A stretch of DNA of 33,988 bases from the sequence record OM401714.1, one strand, 5' to 3'. Positions 32,929 through 33,988 of this stretch are shown one piece after another; the stretch's first letter is position 1, and each line of letters begins with the position of its first letter. The translations under genes and the position numbers were made by a program. The notes below the pieces were generated by a model. That model was not told the origin of the DNA. It saw nothing but the letters and a program-made list of their open reading frames with translations, and did no database searches.

Positions 32929-33341
32929 ATCTTTTTATCTTTCTATCTTTCGATTTCTTAACGCCATCTCTCTATAAAGAGAACGTGCAAAATCTGTCTG
33001 CTGAATTTCTTTAGCTCCTGCTAAGAAAAATTGTTTACAAACGGTGAAAAGTCGGAAAAAAATCTATTTCGGGTTTACTCATAATTATATAATTATAAAT
33101 TAATAGTTAGTAGTTAGCTAATTATATAACTATGTAATTATACAATTATATAATTATATAATTTAAATGTTAATAATAATATATATAAAAAAATAATAAT
33201 AAGAAGAAAGATAATGCCCACTAACATTATTAAATGCTTTCTTCTGGTATTTAAACTTTTCTTTCTAAACTTCCAATTTCTCCAACACTAAACACAAAAA
33301 ACTAACAACACATAACGAAACGAATAAATATAACGAATTTG

Positions 33342-33476
33342 GAATATGTTTAGTAACTTTTTAATTTTAAACTGGAGTTTTGGTTTGTTCTAATTAATAA
33401 TTTAAATAAATTATGAATATGTTTAGTATATTACCAATTTTAAATTGAGGTTTTGGTTTTTCTAATTTATAAATTT
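33342..33476. repeat. Degenerate tandem duplication, period ~73 bp
   Basis: GAATATGTTTAGTA...AATTTTAAA.TG..GTTTTGGTTT.TTCTAATT begins at 33342 and again at 33415. Confidence 0.8.
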
Positions 33477-33569
33477 ATAATCTATAATTAGTAGTTATTA
33501 ATATCTCCAAATTAACATTTATTTCAAATTTCCAAAGTTTGTATTTGCAAATTTTATATTACAAATTTC

Positions 33570-33988
33570 ACTAAATGACAGATTAATTGTAATTTAGGAA
33601 TTTAGAAAATTAGTATTTTTTAGCAAAGTTGTAAAATTATTTGGAAATGTAGAATTAATTGGAACTTAGGAATTTCCAATTATTTTACTTTTTTGCAGAA
33701 AATGATAGATTATTTCAAATTTAGGAAATTAGGAATTTACAATTTTTCTCATTTTTTGCACAATTTACGCAAAATGACAGATTAATTGGAATTTTGGAAT
33801 TTTGAATTTTTTGCACCGCTCCAATTAATATTTGGAGGTGTAGAATTAATTGGAATTTCCAATTTATTGCGAAAGTTGGGAAATTTGCGAAAAAAACGAA
33901 AAAAACGAAAAATATTGGAATTTTCAATTTTTTGCATTAATTGTGAAATTTTCGCAGAAAATGAAAAAAACTACAAATACCTAATTAA
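33570..33988. repeat. Telomere-like / terminal repeat region
   Basis: AATTTAGGAAATTAGGAATTT at 33718-33738 is 20/21 identical to the rudiviral terminal motif AATTTAGGAATTTAGGAATTT. AAATGACAGATTAATTG occurs at 33573 and 33772; TGTAGAATTAATTGGAA at 33648 and 33839. Confidence 0.85.

Larger units (their letters stand above)
1..33988. mobile_element. Near-complete rudivirus (SIRV-like) genome, left terminus missing
   Basis: SIRV-type major capsid protein, PVAP, Rep/SSB/ATPase/Cas4 block, Hjc, ~1060-aa fibre protein, glycosyltransferases and a telomere-like right end are all present. Confidence 0.97.

Noticed and set aside
33721-33927. 68-aa minus-strand ORF
   Set aside because: Translation of the terminal repeats.
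1-33988. CRISPR array, tRNA/rRNA genes, IS element, integrase, DNA polymerase
   Set aside because: No regularly spaced repeats, cloverleaf or transposase/integrase/polymerase motifs seen by eye. The Cas4-like gene is a viral nuclease, not part of a cas locus.
1-33988. Naming the exact virus species, and detecting rudiviral 12-bp indels
   Set aside because: Both need database alignment, which I cannot run.

Overview
This window is most of the linear, very AT-rich dsDNA genome of a rod-shaped archaeal virus (Rudiviridae, SIRV-like, probably infecting Sulfolobales). Core genes I recognise by motif: Cas4-like nuclease, ATPase/helicase, SSB and HUH Rep; PVAP pyramid egress protein; SvtR plus a second RHH regulator (both missed by the ORF track); the 134-aa major capsid protein; three glycosyltransferases; GNAT acetyltransferase; Hjc resolvase; the 1058-aa terminal-fibre protein and minor structural proteins; SAM methyltransferase; an APC-type transporter next to a TGT-like enzyme; and an AcrIIIB1 homologue. 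The right end runs into telomere-like repeats. The left end starts inside or just before a gene and lacks the matching inverted terminal repeat, so it is probably truncated. The most interesting non-coding signals are: (i) a 99-bp element present twice in inverted orientation (73/99 identical, ungapped) upstream of the methyltransferase and a glycosyltransferase; (ii) six copies of the palindrome TATACAT-N6-ATGTATA, mostly in front of virion genes; (iii) a solitary CRISPR-repeat-like 24-mer in a 330-bp gap before the fibre gene; (iv) two fixed-architecture promoter classes marking small candidate anti-defence genes, including three paralogue pairs. All family assignments come from recalled motifs and gene order, not from database searches.
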